Shown here: positions 34,572-43,903 of the stretch, in pieces
How the letters are laid out: the number at the start of each line of letters is the position of its first letter
How positions within the stretch are numbered: the first letter of the stretch is position 1
Origin: Actinomycetota bacterium
GTDB lineage: Bacteria > Actinomycetota > Nitriliruptoria > Nitriliruptorales > JAHWKO01
Assembly: GCA_019347675.1 (NCBI GenBank)
Contig: JAHWKW010000001.1
Location: 168,958-232,957 of the forward strand
Length of the DNA stretch: 64,000 nt
Reading direction: 5' to 3'
Notes under the pieces: generated by a model
What the model saw: only the letters and a program-made list of their open reading frames with translations
What the model was told of the DNA's origin: nothing
Databases searched by the model: none
Made by a program: the position numbers and the translations under genes

Positions 34572-34600
34572 GCTGGCCTGCTGTCATCGGCAGGAGCAGC

Positions 34601-34903
34601 GTGGGCAACGTCGGCTTCCAGGAGCTGTTGGTGATCGCCGTGCTCGCCCTGTTGGTGTTCGGTCCCGACCGTCTTCCTGAGCTCGCGCGGCAGGCCGGCA
34701 GGGCGCTCGCGCGTGTGCGCGAGGAGACGTCACGCAGTGTGACCGAGCTGAAGCAGGCCGCCGACCTCGAGGACCTCAACCGGGAGCTGCGGGGGGTCCG
34801 GGCCGAGCTGCGCGCGGCCGGCCGGGACCTGACCGGCCTCGACCGCCCCGCGGGAACCCGGCGGGTCGAGTCGCCGCCGCCCACCGACCCCGACGCCACG
34901 TGA
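34601..34903 (+). CDS. tatB: Twin-arginine translocase subunit TatB/TatA family
   Basis: VGNVGFQELLVIAVLALLVFGPDRLPELARQAGRAL. AGGAG lies 5 nt before GTG 34601. Confidence 0.8.
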   Translation: MGNVGFQELLVIAVLALLVFGPDRLPELARQAGRALARVREETSRSVTELKQAADLEDLNRELRGVRAELRAAGRDLTGLDRPAGTRRVESPPPTDPDAT

Positions 34904-34922
34904 CGGCCGGTGTCCCGGGGGC

Positions 34923-35531
34923 GTGAAGCGGATCCGACAGGCGGTGGTCCTGGTGGTCGCCGCCTCCGCGGTCGCCGCGTCCTACCTGGCGATGCGCATC
35001 CCCGATCTCGAGGCCGCTGAGCGGGCGCTGGCCGTCCGCGTCCGCCGTCCCCGCGGCCCGATCGTGGACCGGGCCGTCTCCGCGGCGACCGACCTGGGCT
35101 CGGTGTTCGCGATCAGCGGTGTGGCGGCGGTGCTGGCCGCGACCGGCCGGCGCCGCGCCGCGGTGGACGTCGTGGCGGCCGGCCTGCTGGCGTGGGTCGC
35201 CGCCCAGTCGCTGAAGACGCGCGTGCGGCGGCTCCGCCCCTACCAGGTCGAGGCCGCCGAGCGGCTGGTCGCCGAACCCGGCGGGTCGTCGTGGCCGAGC
35301 GGGCATCCGGCCGTGGCCGCAGCGGTGTTGACCGCCTTGGCGCCGCAGCTGCCCCGCGCCAGTCGGACCGCCGGTGGGGTGATCGCCGGGTTCGTTGCGA
35401 CGTCACGGGTGTACGTCGGTGTGCACTACCCGACCGATGTCGTGGCAGGCCTCGGCCTGGGAGGGATGTGCGGGGCGGCCTGGCGGCTGGCCACGCGTGG
35501 CTACCGGCGGTCGCGCGGGATGACCAGCTGA
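34923..35531 (+). CDS. PAP2-family phosphatase (membrane)
   Basis: All three PAP2 motifs are present: KTRVRRLRP, WPSGH and SRVYVGVHYPTD. Confidence 0.8.
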   Translation: MKRIRQAVVLVVAASAVAASYLAMRIPDLEAAERALAVRVRRPRGPIVDRAVSAATDLGSVFAISGVAAVLAATGRRRAAVDVVAAGLLAWVAAQSLKTRVRRLRPYQVEAAERLVAEPGGSSWPSGHPAVAAAVLTALAPQLPRASRTAGGVIAGFVATSRVYVGVHYPTDVVAGLGLGGMCGAAWRLATRGYRRSRGMTS

Positions 35532-35541
35532 CCGGCGGACG

Positions 35542-36660
35542 TCAGCCTTGCAGCAGCGGGAGCGTCCTGCCGACCACCGAACGCGCCCGCTTGGCGACGA
35601 TCCGCGCGATCGTGCGCAACGCCTGCGCGGCGGGGACGTCGGGGTGCGCGTCGACGATCGGGACGCCGCGGTCGCCGCCCTCGCGCACGGTCGGGTCGAT
35701 CGGGATGCGGCCCAGCAGATCGGTGTCGAGCTCGTCTGCCACCTGCCGCCCCGCCCCCGACCCGAAGATGTCGTGGGTCGTGCCACACGCGTGGCAGGTG
35801 AAGCTGGCCATGTTCTCGATCACCCCGGCGACGTGCATGCCGGTTTCCTCCGCCATCTGACCGGCGCGGACGGCGACCTTCCCCGCGGCCTCCTGCGGTG
35901 TGGTCACCACGAGCATCCCGGCGTTGGGCAGCATCTGACCGAGCGAGATCGCGATGTCCCCCGTGCCCGGGGGCAGGTCGAGGAGCAGGAAATCGAGCTC
36001 GCCCCAGTAGACGTCGGCGAGGAACTGCTGCAAGGCACGGTGCAGCATCGGCCCGCGCCACATCACCGGCCGGTCCGGGTCGGGGAGGAAGAAGCCGATC
36101 GAGATCACCTTGCAGCCGTAGGCCCGCAGCGGCATCACCATGCCCTCGAAGCCGAACGGTCGGCCGGAGACGCCGAGCATGCGGGGGATCGAGTACCCGT
36201 AGATGTCGGCATCGACCACGCCGACGCGGTGACCGTCAGCTGCTAGGGCCACTGCCAGGTTGGCGGTCACCGACGACTTGCCGACACCGCCCTTCCCGGA
36301 CGCGACGGTGAACACGTGCGTACGGGCGCTCGACGTGGCGAACGGGATCTCGTCGCCGCTGGTCTGGCCGCGTTCGGCCCGGAGCCGCCGTCCGAGCGCC
36401 TCGCGCTTCTCGCCGGCCATGGCACGCAGGTCGAGATCGACGTGGCGGACGCCGCCGAGCCGGCGCACGGCGGCCTCCAGGTCGCTGGTGAGCCGCTCCA
36501 ACTCCGGTGAGCCGGGGATCGGCACGTCCACCGCGACGCGGACCCGGCCGCCGTCGATCGCCACGTCCGAGATCATCTGCAGGTCGGTGACGGGCCGCTC
36601 CAGGTGAGGTTCGGTCACCTCACCGAGCGCGTCGAGAACCTGCTCAGGGGTCGCCACCAC
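35542..36660 (-). CDS. mrp: Mrp/ApbC Fe-S cluster carrier ATPase
   Basis: N-terminal DUF59-like domain, Walker A VASGKGGVGKSSVTANLA, DADIYGYSIP, and the CxxC motif FTCHACG. Confidence 0.95.
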   Translation of the reverse strand: MVATPEQVLDALGEVTEPHLERPVTDLQMISDVAIDGGRVRVAVDVPIPGSPELERLTSDLEAAVRRLGGVRHVDLDLRAMAGEKREALGRRLRAERGQTSGDEIPFATSSARTHVFTVASGKGGVGKSSVTANLAVALAADGHRVGVVDADIYGYSIPRMLGVSGRPFGFEGMVMPLRAYGCKVISIGFFLPDPDRPVMWRGPMLHRALQQFLADVYWGELDFLLLDLPPGTGDIAISLGQMLPNAGMLVVTTPQEAAGKVAVRAGQMAEETGMHVAGVIENMASFTCHACGTTHDIFGSGAGRQVADELDTDLLGRIPIDPTVREGGDRGVPIVDAHPDVPAAQALRTIARIVAKRARSVVGRTLPLLQG

Positions 36661-36817
36661 AAGACCTTCAACGGTTGATCATCGGGTTGGCGGCTGCGGT
36701 GAGCGCCGCCGCGGCGATGCTACCGGCGGATGCGATCGCGGCCGCCTCGATCCGGCGATCCGTTAGCCTGCCGCCTTCGCGCCGAGTTCTCGACCGGTCT
36801 CGATCACCGGAGAGCAT

Positions 36818-37579
36818 GTGCCCCGATCGTCGGTCGCCGCTCTTGCGGCGCTGCTGGCAGTGGCCACCTCGGCGTGTCAGCTGCGCTTGGCCGCCGACGT
36901 CGTCGTCGACGCAGGTCTCGACGGGACGTTCGAGCTGATCGTCGCCGTGGACGGCGAGCTCGCGCAGCTGCTCGACGAGGTCGGGGTCGACGTGCTGGCC
37001 GGCTTGGACGAGGTTCGACGCTCCGCGCCGCAGTGGACGGTGCACACCGAACACGACGATCGCGGTCTGACGGTGCGGTTGGGGGCGCGGTTCGACGGCG
37101 CCGAACAGTTCACCCAGCTCACCGACGAGCTGCATGCCGCACTCGACGGCGACGACGCGCGGCTGTTCGAGCATCTGCGGCTGCGGCGCCTGTCTGGCGG
37201 GCCGGTGGCCTTCGACGGGGCGGTGGGGTTGGTGCTCCCCGCGGCGCCTGGCGCCCGCGGTGCGGGCGTCGCGGTCGATGCGGACGACGTGCAGCGGGTC
37301 CTGACCGAGCGGGGCGAGGATCTGGTCCGCTACGACCTGCGGGTGACCCTGCCCGCCCCGCCACGCGTGCACGACGCCGACGAGGTCCACGGGACCACGC
37401 TGATATGGCAGGCGCCGGTCGGGCGGCTCCGGCCTGTCACGGCGGTCTCCGAAGAACCTGGCGTCCCACCGCTGCTGATGGTGGTGGTCGGCGTGGTCGC
37501 GGCCGCGGGGACCGCCGCGGGTGCGGCCGCGCTCCGCCGCCACCGCCGGGTTGACACCCGGTTCACACCTGTGGGGTGA
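36818..37579 (+). CDS. Secreted or lipoprotein-like protein with a C-terminal TM anchor (LppM/DUF3153-like?)
   Basis: Signal peptide VAALAALLAVATSAC and C-terminal TM LLMVVVGVVAAAGTAAGAAAL. The family guess is weak. Confidence 0.6.
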   Translation: MPRSSVAALAALLAVATSACQLRLAADVVVDAGLDGTFELIVAVDGELAQLLDEVGVDVLAGLDEVRRSAPQWTVHTEHDDRGLTVRLGARFDGAEQFTQLTDELHAALDGDDARLFEHLRLRRLSGGPVAFDGAVGLVLPAAPGARGAGVAVDADDVQRVLTERGEDLVRYDLRVTLPAPPRVHDADEVHGTTLIWQAPVGRLRPVTAVSEEPGVPPLLMVVVGVVAAAGTAAGAAALRRHRRVDTRFTPVG

Positions 37580-38342
37580 GCTCCACCAGGGTGCAGGTGT
37601 CCTTCCAGCGGTCCAGCGCCGCCTCGCCGTCGGGCAGGTTGAGGCGGGTGCTGACACCGAGCTGTGCGATGCGGTCGAACTCGTCGCTGTCGTTGTCGAT
37701 GATCCGCACCGACGCGGGGACCTCGCCGATCCGTGCCCGGACGTCCTTGCTCCGGGCGGTGAGCGTGACCTCGTCGGCTCCCTGGATGTTGGTGAGATCC
37801 TGCTCGTCGGGTCCCGTCACCACGAACACCTTCCCGCCTTGGTAGACGAACCAGGCCGGCTTGGTGACGGTGCCCCCGTCGGGCTGCGGGATGGTCACCC
37901 AGATGATCGCGCTCTTCTTGAGGGTGGCCTCCAGCGCGTCCCCGATCACGCCTGCCGCGGCCGCCGACTCCGGTGCCTCGACGAACACCGGCACGCGACC
38001 CACTTCCTGGTCGTTCAGCAGCAGGACGAGCGTGTGATCCTCGGCGCTGTGCAGGGTGACGCCTCGGCGGACCTGGTCACGGAAGCGATCCTCGTACATC
38101 TGTCCGCGCAGGGCGATCCGCCCGTACGGGTGCTGATAGACGAGCGCCCCGGCGGGGTCGAGGATCGCCCACGACTCGTCGTAGACGCCCTGCGGCCCGC
38201 GGTAGAGGCGATCGACACCGAACGGCTGGGCGCGTGCCGGCAGCTCGCCGCGGACGACGATGACCGGGTCGATGACGCCGGTCGCGGGGTCGTAGGAGCC
38301 GAGGTCGTAGACCAGGGCCGACAGGACCGCGACCCGCACCAT
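37563..38342 (-). CDS. Hypothetical protein (259 aa)
   Basis: Protein-like composition. ATG 38342 with a GGGAAGG SD. The C-terminal half (AIIWVTIPQPDGG...KPAWFVYQGGKVFVVTG) is vaguely like an FMN-binding split barrel. Confidence 0.6.
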   Translation of the reverse strand: MVRVAVLSALVYDLGSYDPATGVIDPVIVVRGELPARAQPFGVDRLYRGPQGVYDESWAILDPAGALVYQHPYGRIALRGQMYEDRFRDQVRRGVTLHSAEDHTLVLLLNDQEVGRVPVFVEAPESAAAAGVIGDALEATLKKSAIIWVTIPQPDGGTVTKPAWFVYQGGKVFVVTGPDEQDLTNIQGADEVTLTARSKDVRARIGEVPASVRIIDNDSDEFDRIAQLGVSTRLNLPDGEAALDRWKDTCTLVELTPQV

Positions 38343-38401
38343 GCCGTGCCTTCCCTGTAGGACCTGCGGCGGCGGCGCAGTATAGGTGGCGTCGGTCTGG
38401 G

Positions 38402-38812
38402 TCAGGGCGCGAGGTCGACCCCGTGGCGGTCGAGGAAGTCGACCAGACCCGACGTTGTCGCCACCGACGTCAGCGTCGACCGGCCCGCCCACGCCACCTC
38501 AGCAGCGTCGTCTCCTGCCGACACCACTCCGCCGACAACATCCACCAGGAAGTCGATGATCACGTAGTGGCCTTCGTCGCCGATCGACTCCGCAACGCCG
38601 ACCAGGTCGCCGACCTCCACGGCCAGCCCCGTCTCCTCGCGGACCTCGCGTCGGACGGCGTCGGCCAGGCGCTCCCCCGGCCGTACCCGCCCGCCAGGCA
38701 GGGTCCAGCGGTCGGCGGCGGGCGGGCGCCCGCGCCGGACGACCAGGAGGCGACCCTGCGGGTCGCGAGCCACCGCGCCCACGCCCACGACCGGTGCCGG
38801 AGGGGCTACCAC
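38402..38812 (-). CDS. NUDIX hydrolase
   Basis: Nudix box GGRVRPGERLADAVRREVREETGL. Confidence 0.85.
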   Translation of the reverse strand: MVAPPAPVVGVGAVARDPQGRLLVVRRGRPPAADRWTLPGGRVRPGERLADAVRREVREETGLAVEVGDLVGVAESIGDEGHYVIIDFLVDVVGGVVSAGDDAAEVAWAGRSTLTSVATTSGLVDFLDRHGVDLAP

Positions 38813-38848
38813 GCCCGTTAGCGTAGGAAGCCCGATGACGGCAGGACC

Positions 38849-39697
38849 GTGTCCGGCTACGACCTACACACCCACACCACCGCCAGCGACGGCACGACCA
38901 CCGCCGAGGACAACGTCCGACTGGCCGTGGCCGTCGGCTTGGATGGCCTGGCCGTCACCGATCACGACACCGTGGCGGCGTGGGACGACAGCGTCGCCGC
39001 CGCGGACGGGTCCGCGCTCGAGATCGTCCCGGGCGCGGAGCTGTCTGCGGAGCTCGGCGGCTACAGCGTCCACGTCCTTGGCTACTGGTTCGACCCCACC
39101 GACGAAGCGCTCACCGCCGAACTGCACCGTCTGCGCACGGAACGCGACCGGCGCGCCCAGGAGATCGTTGAACGCTTCGTCGAGCTGGGCGTTCCGGTCA
39201 CGCTCGATCGGGTCCGGCAGCTGGCCGGCGACGCCCCGATCGGGCGCCCGCACGTGGCCGCGGCGGTCGTGGACACCGGGGCGGCCCGAGACGTCTCCGA
39301 GGTGTTCGACCGGTGGCTGCACGACGGCGGCCCCGCGTACGTCCCCAAGTACGCGGTGGATCCCGTCCGGTGTGTGCGCCTGATCGTGGAGGCGGGCGGG
39401 GCGGCTGTCCTCGCGCATCCGGGCTTGTACGGGCCGGCTGAACAGGCGCGGGCGGGAGTGGGCCTGGAGGCTGCAACCGTCGAGGAGATGGTCGCGGCCG
39501 GCCTGGCCGGGATCGAGGCCCATCACCCCGACCACACCCCCGAGCAGGTCGCCCGCTACGGTGACGTGGCACGTGCCCACGGCCTCGTGGTCACCGCCGG
39601 CTCCGACTTCCACGGGGAGCGCAAGGATCTCGACCTCGGCCAGGCCACGACGCCCCGGGCCCGTGTCGAGGTCTTGCGCGAACGGGCGCGCCGGTGA
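38849..39697 (+). CDS. PHP-domain metal-dependent phosphoesterase (TrpH/YciV-like)
   Basis: YDLHTHTTASDGT...GLAVTDHDT...GAELS...LAHPG...GIEAHHPDH...GSDFHG. Confidence 0.85.
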   Translation: MSGYDLHTHTTASDGTTTAEDNVRLAVAVGLDGLAVTDHDTVAAWDDSVAAADGSALEIVPGAELSAELGGYSVHVLGYWFDPTDEALTAELHRLRTERDRRAQEIVERFVELGVPVTLDRVRQLAGDAPIGRPHVAAAVVDTGAARDVSEVFDRWLHDGGPAYVPKYAVDPVRCVRLIVEAGGAAVLAHPGLYGPAEQARAGVGLEAATVEEMVAAGLAGIEAHHPDHTPEQVARYGDVARAHGLVVTAGSDFHGERKDLDLGQATTPRARVEVLRERARR

Positions 39698-39720
39698 GCG
39701 CCGCTCCTCAGGGGCGGCGC
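39698..39720 (+). terminator. Hairpin overlapping the PHP gene stop (7-bp GC stem gcgccgc/gcggcgc, 9-nt loop); a second small hairpin lies at 39736-39751
   Basis: Direct reading. No U-tract. Confidence 0.3.
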
Positions 39721-39886
39721 GAGAGGAGCTGTCTTCGGTCTTCTAAGACCGCAACGGAGGTGTACCGGCGAGCGTCTCAACGGCGCCTCGCCCGAACCGG
39801 CCTCTGCGGTCCGCAAGCGGTAAGGTCCACCTTCCATCGCGGGAGACAGCTCAACGTCAGCGTTCGTGCCCAGTGAGGAGGCCGCC

Positions 39887-40474
39887 GTGTCTGAGGCTCC
39901 CAAGAAGGCAGCGAAGGTGATCCCGCTGCCGACGCTGACCTTCCGGTCAGGTCCCCTGGCCGGCTCGTCGCTGAGCATCGAGGTCGACGACGGCACCATC
40001 GGACGCCGCGAGGACAACACGATCGTCATCCCGGAACCGCGCGTGTCGCGTGTGCACGCGTCGGTGCGTCGGGATGCGGGCGCGGTGATCCTGACGGACC
40101 TGGGCTCCAGCGCCGGCACCAAGGTCAACGGCGAGGAGCTCACCGGTCCTCGGGTTCTGCGGCACGGCGACCGCGTCACCTTCGGTCCGGTGGAGGCGAT
40201 CTTCGAGGACCCGGCGATGGCGGCCCAGGACGAGGACGCCACCATGGTGTTGGAGATCCCCAAGGTCGAGACCGGGCCGCACCTTTCGCCCCGTCAACAG
40301 CAGGTCCTGGAGCTGATGGCAGAGGGGATGACCAACAACGAGATCGGTGAGCAGCTGGGCGTGACCGAGCGCACCGTCAAGGCCTACGCCCAGGAGCTGT
40401 ACGACAAGCTCGGGGTCCGCAACCGTGCAGGCGCCGTCGCGGAGGCCGCCAAGCTGGGGATCCTCGAGGTCTGA
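39887..40474 (+). CDS. FHA domain - LuxR-type HTH fusion regulator
   Basis: FHA: GTIGRREDNTIVIPEPRVSRVHASV...LTDLGSSAGTKVNGE...HGDRVTFG. LuxR HTH: LSPRQQQVLELMAEGMTNNEIGEQLGVTERTVKAYAQELYDKLGV. GAGGAGG lies 5 nt before GTG 39887. Confidence 0.85.
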   Translation: MSEAPKKAAKVIPLPTLTFRSGPLAGSSLSIEVDDGTIGRREDNTIVIPEPRVSRVHASVRRDAGAVILTDLGSSAGTKVNGEELTGPRVLRHGDRVTFGPVEAIFEDPAMAAQDEDATMVLEIPKVETGPHLSPRQQQVLELMAEGMTNNEIGEQLGVTERTVKAYAQELYDKLGVRNRAGAVAEAAKLGILEV

Positions 40475-40528
40475 CCGTCCGTCCGAGCGGGCCATCATCG
40501 ACAGGCCCCGAGGGGAGCTGTACCGGGT

Positions 40529-41371
40529 ATGCCGGCCACCGTGTACGCGATCGCGAACCAGAAGGGCGGCGTCGCGAAGACGACCACCTGCCTGTCGCTG
40601 GCCGCGGCGATGGTCGAGCTCGACCGTGCGGTGCTCGTGGTCGACCTCGATCCGCAGGCGTGTCTGACCTTCTCGCTGGGCTACGACCCGGATCAGATCG
40701 ACCCGTCGCTGCACGACGTCGTCGCCGGACGGGCCCGATTGGTCGACACCATCGTGCAGCACCAGGTCGCGGACCTCGCCCCGGCCAACATCGACCTGGC
40801 CGGCGCGGAAGTGACGCTGCTCAGCCGCACCGGTCGCGAGTACCTGCTACGTGGCGAGCTCGTTGATCTCGTTGGCAGCTACGACGTGGTCTTCCTCGAC
40901 TGCCCCCCGTCGCTGGGCGTGCTGACCATCAACGGCCTCACGGCCGCCGACGAGGTGCTGATCCCTGTCCAGTGTGAGACGCTCGCGCACCGCGGGGTCT
41001 CTCAGCTGCTGGAGACGATCCAGGACGTCCGCCGCCTGACCAACCGCGGGCTGACCGTCCGCGGGGTGGTGGCCAGCCTCTTCGACCCTCGGACGTTGCA
41101 CAGCCGCGAGGTCCTGCGCGACGTCGGCGAGCGGTACGGCTTGCCGCTGGTCGGCCCACCGGTCCGCAAGTCGATCCGCTTCGCCGAGGCGCCGGCAGGC
41201 GGTCGCTCCATCCTCGACCATGCGGGATCGGTGCCCGGTGCGGCGGCCTACCGGGCGATCGCCCGCGAGCTGCTGGGCCTCGAGGTGGAAGAGGAGCTGC
41301 TGGAGGCGGCCGGCTGGTCGCGGGAGCAACGGGCCGAGGTCCTCGACGTGGAGCAGGCCGGTCGTGGGTGA
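40529..41371 (+). CDS. ParA/Soj-family ATPase
   Basis: Deviant Walker A IANQKGGVAKTTTCLSLA, VVDLDPQA and VVFLDCPPSLG. Confidence 0.9.
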   Translation: MPATVYAIANQKGGVAKTTTCLSLAAAMVELDRAVLVVDLDPQACLTFSLGYDPDQIDPSLHDVVAGRARLVDTIVQHQVADLAPANIDLAGAEVTLLSRTGREYLLRGELVDLVGSYDVVFLDCPPSLGVLTINGLTAADEVLIPVQCETLAHRGVSQLLETIQDVRRLTNRGLTVRGVVASLFDPRTLHSREVLRDVGERYGLPLVGPPVRKSIRFAEAPAGGRSILDHAGSVPGAAAYRAIARELLGLEVEEELLEAAGWSREQRAEVLDVEQAGRG

Positions 41372-41693
41372 GTCACCGCGGGGACTCGACCGGGTCCGTG
41401 CCCCCGATCCTGCCCGTCCTCGTCGGCGGGACCTGGAGGGCGCCCGCGCGTTGTATTCGGTCGATCCCGACGCCAACCCCACGTCCACCGTGCTGGTGCG
41501 GTGTCCGCGCTGCGAGGTCGAGCGCGGGTTGACGACCTCGGAGTTGCCAGGGCTGCTGTCCGTGCCGATCCTCGTCGACCCGTTCCGGGGGCGGTTGTGG
41601 ACACGCTGCCCGACGTGTGAACGCCGCGCGTGGCTGCGGATCCGGCTCGGCCCCGGAGTGCCCTGGCCCTTCCGGCCGCCGCGGAGCGGATAG
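41364..41693 (+). CDS. Small zinc-ribbon protein (109 aa), hypothetical
   Basis: CPRCEV...N36...CPTCERR. GTG 41364 overlaps the end of parA by 8 nt. Confidence 0.5.
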   Translation: MGESPRGLDRVRAPDPARPRRRDLEGARALYSVDPDANPTSTVLVRCPRCEVERGLTTSELPGLLSVPILVDPFRGRLWTRCPTCERRAWLRIRLGPGVPWPFRPPRSG

Positions 41694-41719
41694 ACCGCGG
41701 CGTCCGTCGCTGGCGCGGA

Positions 41720-43333
41720 TCACGGCAGATGCTCGACCTTGACCCGGCGGGCCGAGGTCGGCCTTCCCTCCCCCCGCGCAGCCGGACCCCGCTCGGACAG
41801 GTCGAGCCCCGGCCGACCGTCGCCGTCCGCATCGGGCGTCGGCGCCTTCGCCGGGCCGCGTGGTCGCTGGTCCGGCCTGGACGGTGTGGCCGGCTTCGGA
41901 TCGGCGGGGGCGGTCGCGGTCCGCCCGGCACGGCGGGCCCGGCTCGTGTCGCGGCTGCGGACCCGGACCCGCGCCGGCTCATCGTCGTCGCTGCCGCCTT
42001 CCACGTCCGTCGCCGGCCGCGCGACCTCGCCACGGCGACCTCTCCGGTGGCGGTCGCTGCGCGGCTGCTCGCCCCCGTCGCGGTCCTGAGGCGCCTCGAG
42101 GTCGTCCGGGGGGGGTGGTGGGTCGGCGACCGACGCGTCGGCATCGCCTGCGAAGCGCTCCCACGGGGTGTGCTCGGGCAGGTCGAACCGCTCGGTCAGC
42201 AGGTCGGAGGTGGAGAACACCTCCTCGAGGGGGCCGTTGGCGGCACCCACCGCTTTGCGGATCACGTTGAGGCGGTCCAGTTCGTTGAACGTCGCGAACG
42301 TGACCGCGACGCCGGCCGCACCGGCCCGCCCCGTCCGGCCGATCCGGTGCAGGTACATCTTCTCGTCTTCGGGGCAGTCGTAGTTCACGACGTGGGTGAC
42401 GCCCTCGATGTCCAGCCCCCGGGCGGCCACCTCGGTGGCGACCAGGACGTCGGCCTTGCCCGCACGGAACCGCTCGAGGTTGCGTTCCCGGCGCGCCTGA
42501 CGGAGGTCGCCGTGCACGGCGGTGGCGCTCATCCCCAGCCCGCGCAGCTCCTCCACCAGCCGATCCGCCATCCGCTTGGTGCGCACGAACACCGTGGCGA
42601 GATCCGCGGCGGGGGACTGCAGGATCCGTGCCAGGACCCGTGGTTTGTCCAGCCGGTGGACGACGAAGAAGTGCTGCTCGGTCTCGGGCGCCACCTGGGG
42701 TTCCTGAGCCTCGGCACGCAGGAACGTGGGGTGGCGCATGTAGCGGCGGGCCAACGCCACGACGTCGGCGGGCATGGTGGCGGAGAACAGCAGCATCTGC
42801 CGCGGCTCAGCGCAGGCCTCCACGATCCGCTCGACGTCAGGCAGGAACCCCATGTCGAGCATCTCGTCGGCTTCGTCCAGGACGACGGCCGCCACACCCG
42901 ACAGGTCGAGGTTGCCGCGCCCGATGTGGTCGAGGAGCCGGCCCGGGGTTCCCACGACGACATCGACCTCACCGTTGCGCAACGGCTGCGTCTGGGGCTC
43001 GAGCGGGACCCCGCCGTAGACGGTCAGGATCCGCGTCCCGAGCTCCGTCCCGACCTGATCCAGGTCATCGGCGACCTGCAAGGTCAGCTCCCGGGTTGGG
43101 GTGACGACCAGCGCCTGGACCCGCCCCGCACCTGCCTCGATCCGCTGCAGAAGCGGCAACCCGAAGGCGAGCGTCTTCCCCGTCCCGGTGCGGGCCTGGC
43201 CGATGATGTCGGCACCGTCCAGCCCCAGGGGGATGGTGAGCTCCTGGATCGGGAACGGCTCGACGATGCCCTGTGCTTCAAGCGTGCGGCACAGGGCCTC
43301 TGCGACGCCGAGGTCGCGGAAGGTCTTCGTGAT
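41720..43333 (-). CDS. DEAD-box ATP-dependent RNA helicase with an Arg-rich C-terminal tail
   Basis: Q motif FRDLGV...EPFPIQ, then AQARTGTGKT, PTRELT, VLDEADEMLD, SAT and HRIGRTGRAG. There is no canonical start between the upstream TAG (43381-83) and the Q motif. The 5' end given here is the ATC at 43331-33, preceded by GAGGAG (see findings). Confidence 0.85.
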   Translation of the reverse strand: MTKTFRDLGVAEALCRTLEAQGIVEPFPIQELTIPLGLDGADIIGQARTGTGKTLAFGLPLLQRIEAGAGRVQALVVTPTRELTLQVADDLDQVGTELGTRILTVYGGVPLEPQTQPLRNGEVDVVVGTPGRLLDHIGRGNLDLSGVAAVVLDEADEMLDMGFLPDVERIVEACAEPRQMLLFSATMPADVVALARRYMRHPTFLRAEAQEPQVAPETEQHFFVVHRLDKPRVLARILQSPAADLATVFVRTKRMADRLVEELRGLGMSATAVHGDLRQARRERNLERFRAGKADVLVATEVAARGLDIEGVTHVVNYDCPEDEKMYLHRIGRTGRAGAAGVAVTFATFNELDRLNVIRKAVGAANGPLEEVFSTSDLLTERFDLPEHTPWERFAGDADASVADPPPPPDDLEAPQDRDGGEQPRSDRHRRGRRGEVARPATDVEGGSDDDEPARVRVRSRDTSRARRAGRTATAPADPKPATPSRPDQRPRGPAKAPTPDADGDGRPGLDLSERGPAARGEGRPTSARRVKVEHLP

Positions 43334-43380
43334 CGATCTCTCCTCGGTGCTCGCCGTCCGGCGGCCGTCGACGCGGTCGG

Positions 43381-43809
43381 CTACCCGGGGCCTCGGCGCC
43401 GCAGCGCCTCGGGCCCTTCGCGGGCCAGCTCGATCGCCTGGGACGGTGTGAGCTCCACCGGCCCCGGTCGGTCGTCGAGCCGCTCGTCGTAGACGTGCAC
43501 GTCCGGGGTGATCGCTCGCGGGCGCGGCTCGGACCGTGCGATCATGTCGGCGTGCACCCGAGCCTGCAGGTCGTCCGCCGCCTGCTCCACGCCACGGTCG
43601 TCCGACGGTTGTCCGACGGTGGCGGCGACGGGCGTGGCGGCCGGCTCGGTCCACGCGTCGGTTGGCGCGGCGCGGTGCGACTGCGGCAGCTGTGGAGGGT
43701 GATGGGCGGTGAACGAGCTGCGCCGTTCGGGGTCGGGCCCAGCCGGGTCGGCTCCGCGCAGGCGTGCCAGCAGACGCCCCACCACTGTGGGTCCTCCCGC
43801 GTCTGCCAA
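43381..43809 (-). CDS. Hypothetical protein (142 aa)
   Basis: GC3 is very high in this frame (about 35 of 39 codons at the 3' end). A perfect SD AGGAGG lies 5 nt before TTG 43807-09. The sequence ends ...TPDVHVYDERLDDRPGPVELTPSQAIELAREGPEALRRRGPG. Confidence 0.55.
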   Translation of the reverse strand: MADAGGPTVVGRLLARLRGADPAGPDPERRSSFTAHHPPQLPQSHRAAPTDAWTEPAATPVAATVGQPSDDRGVEQAADDLQARVHADMIARSEPRPRAITPDVHVYDERLDDRPGPVELTPSQAIELAREGPEALRRRGPG

Positions 43810-43903
43810 CGTTGCCTCCTGCCGTCGCCATCGTGAATGTACCGGCGACCGTCCCCGGGATACTGCCGAACTCCGACCGATGCCGGTTGCGCCGACGCGA
43901 GTC

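Noticed and set aside
36668-37657. A 329-aa minus-strand ORF between mrp and the hypothetical gene
   Set aside because: It is antisense to a plus-strand gene with a signal peptide and C-terminal TM (36818-37579), and its translation is Arg/Pro/Gly-rich junk.
39721-39886. A 190-nt intergenic region upstream of the FHA-LuxR gene as a known actinobacterial sRNA or riboswitch (6C, ydaO and similar)
   Set aside because: It contains only two short hairpins. I could recognise no C-rich loops or conserved riboswitch cores.
43334-43831. Long Arg-rich N-terminal extension of the DEAD-box helicase (track ORF start at 43831, or the in-frame GTG at 43654)
   Set aside because: GC3 in the helicase frame is low across this stretch. 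The overlapping frame (43381-43809) has about 90 percent GC3 and a perfect SD-TTG start, so that frame is the coding one.
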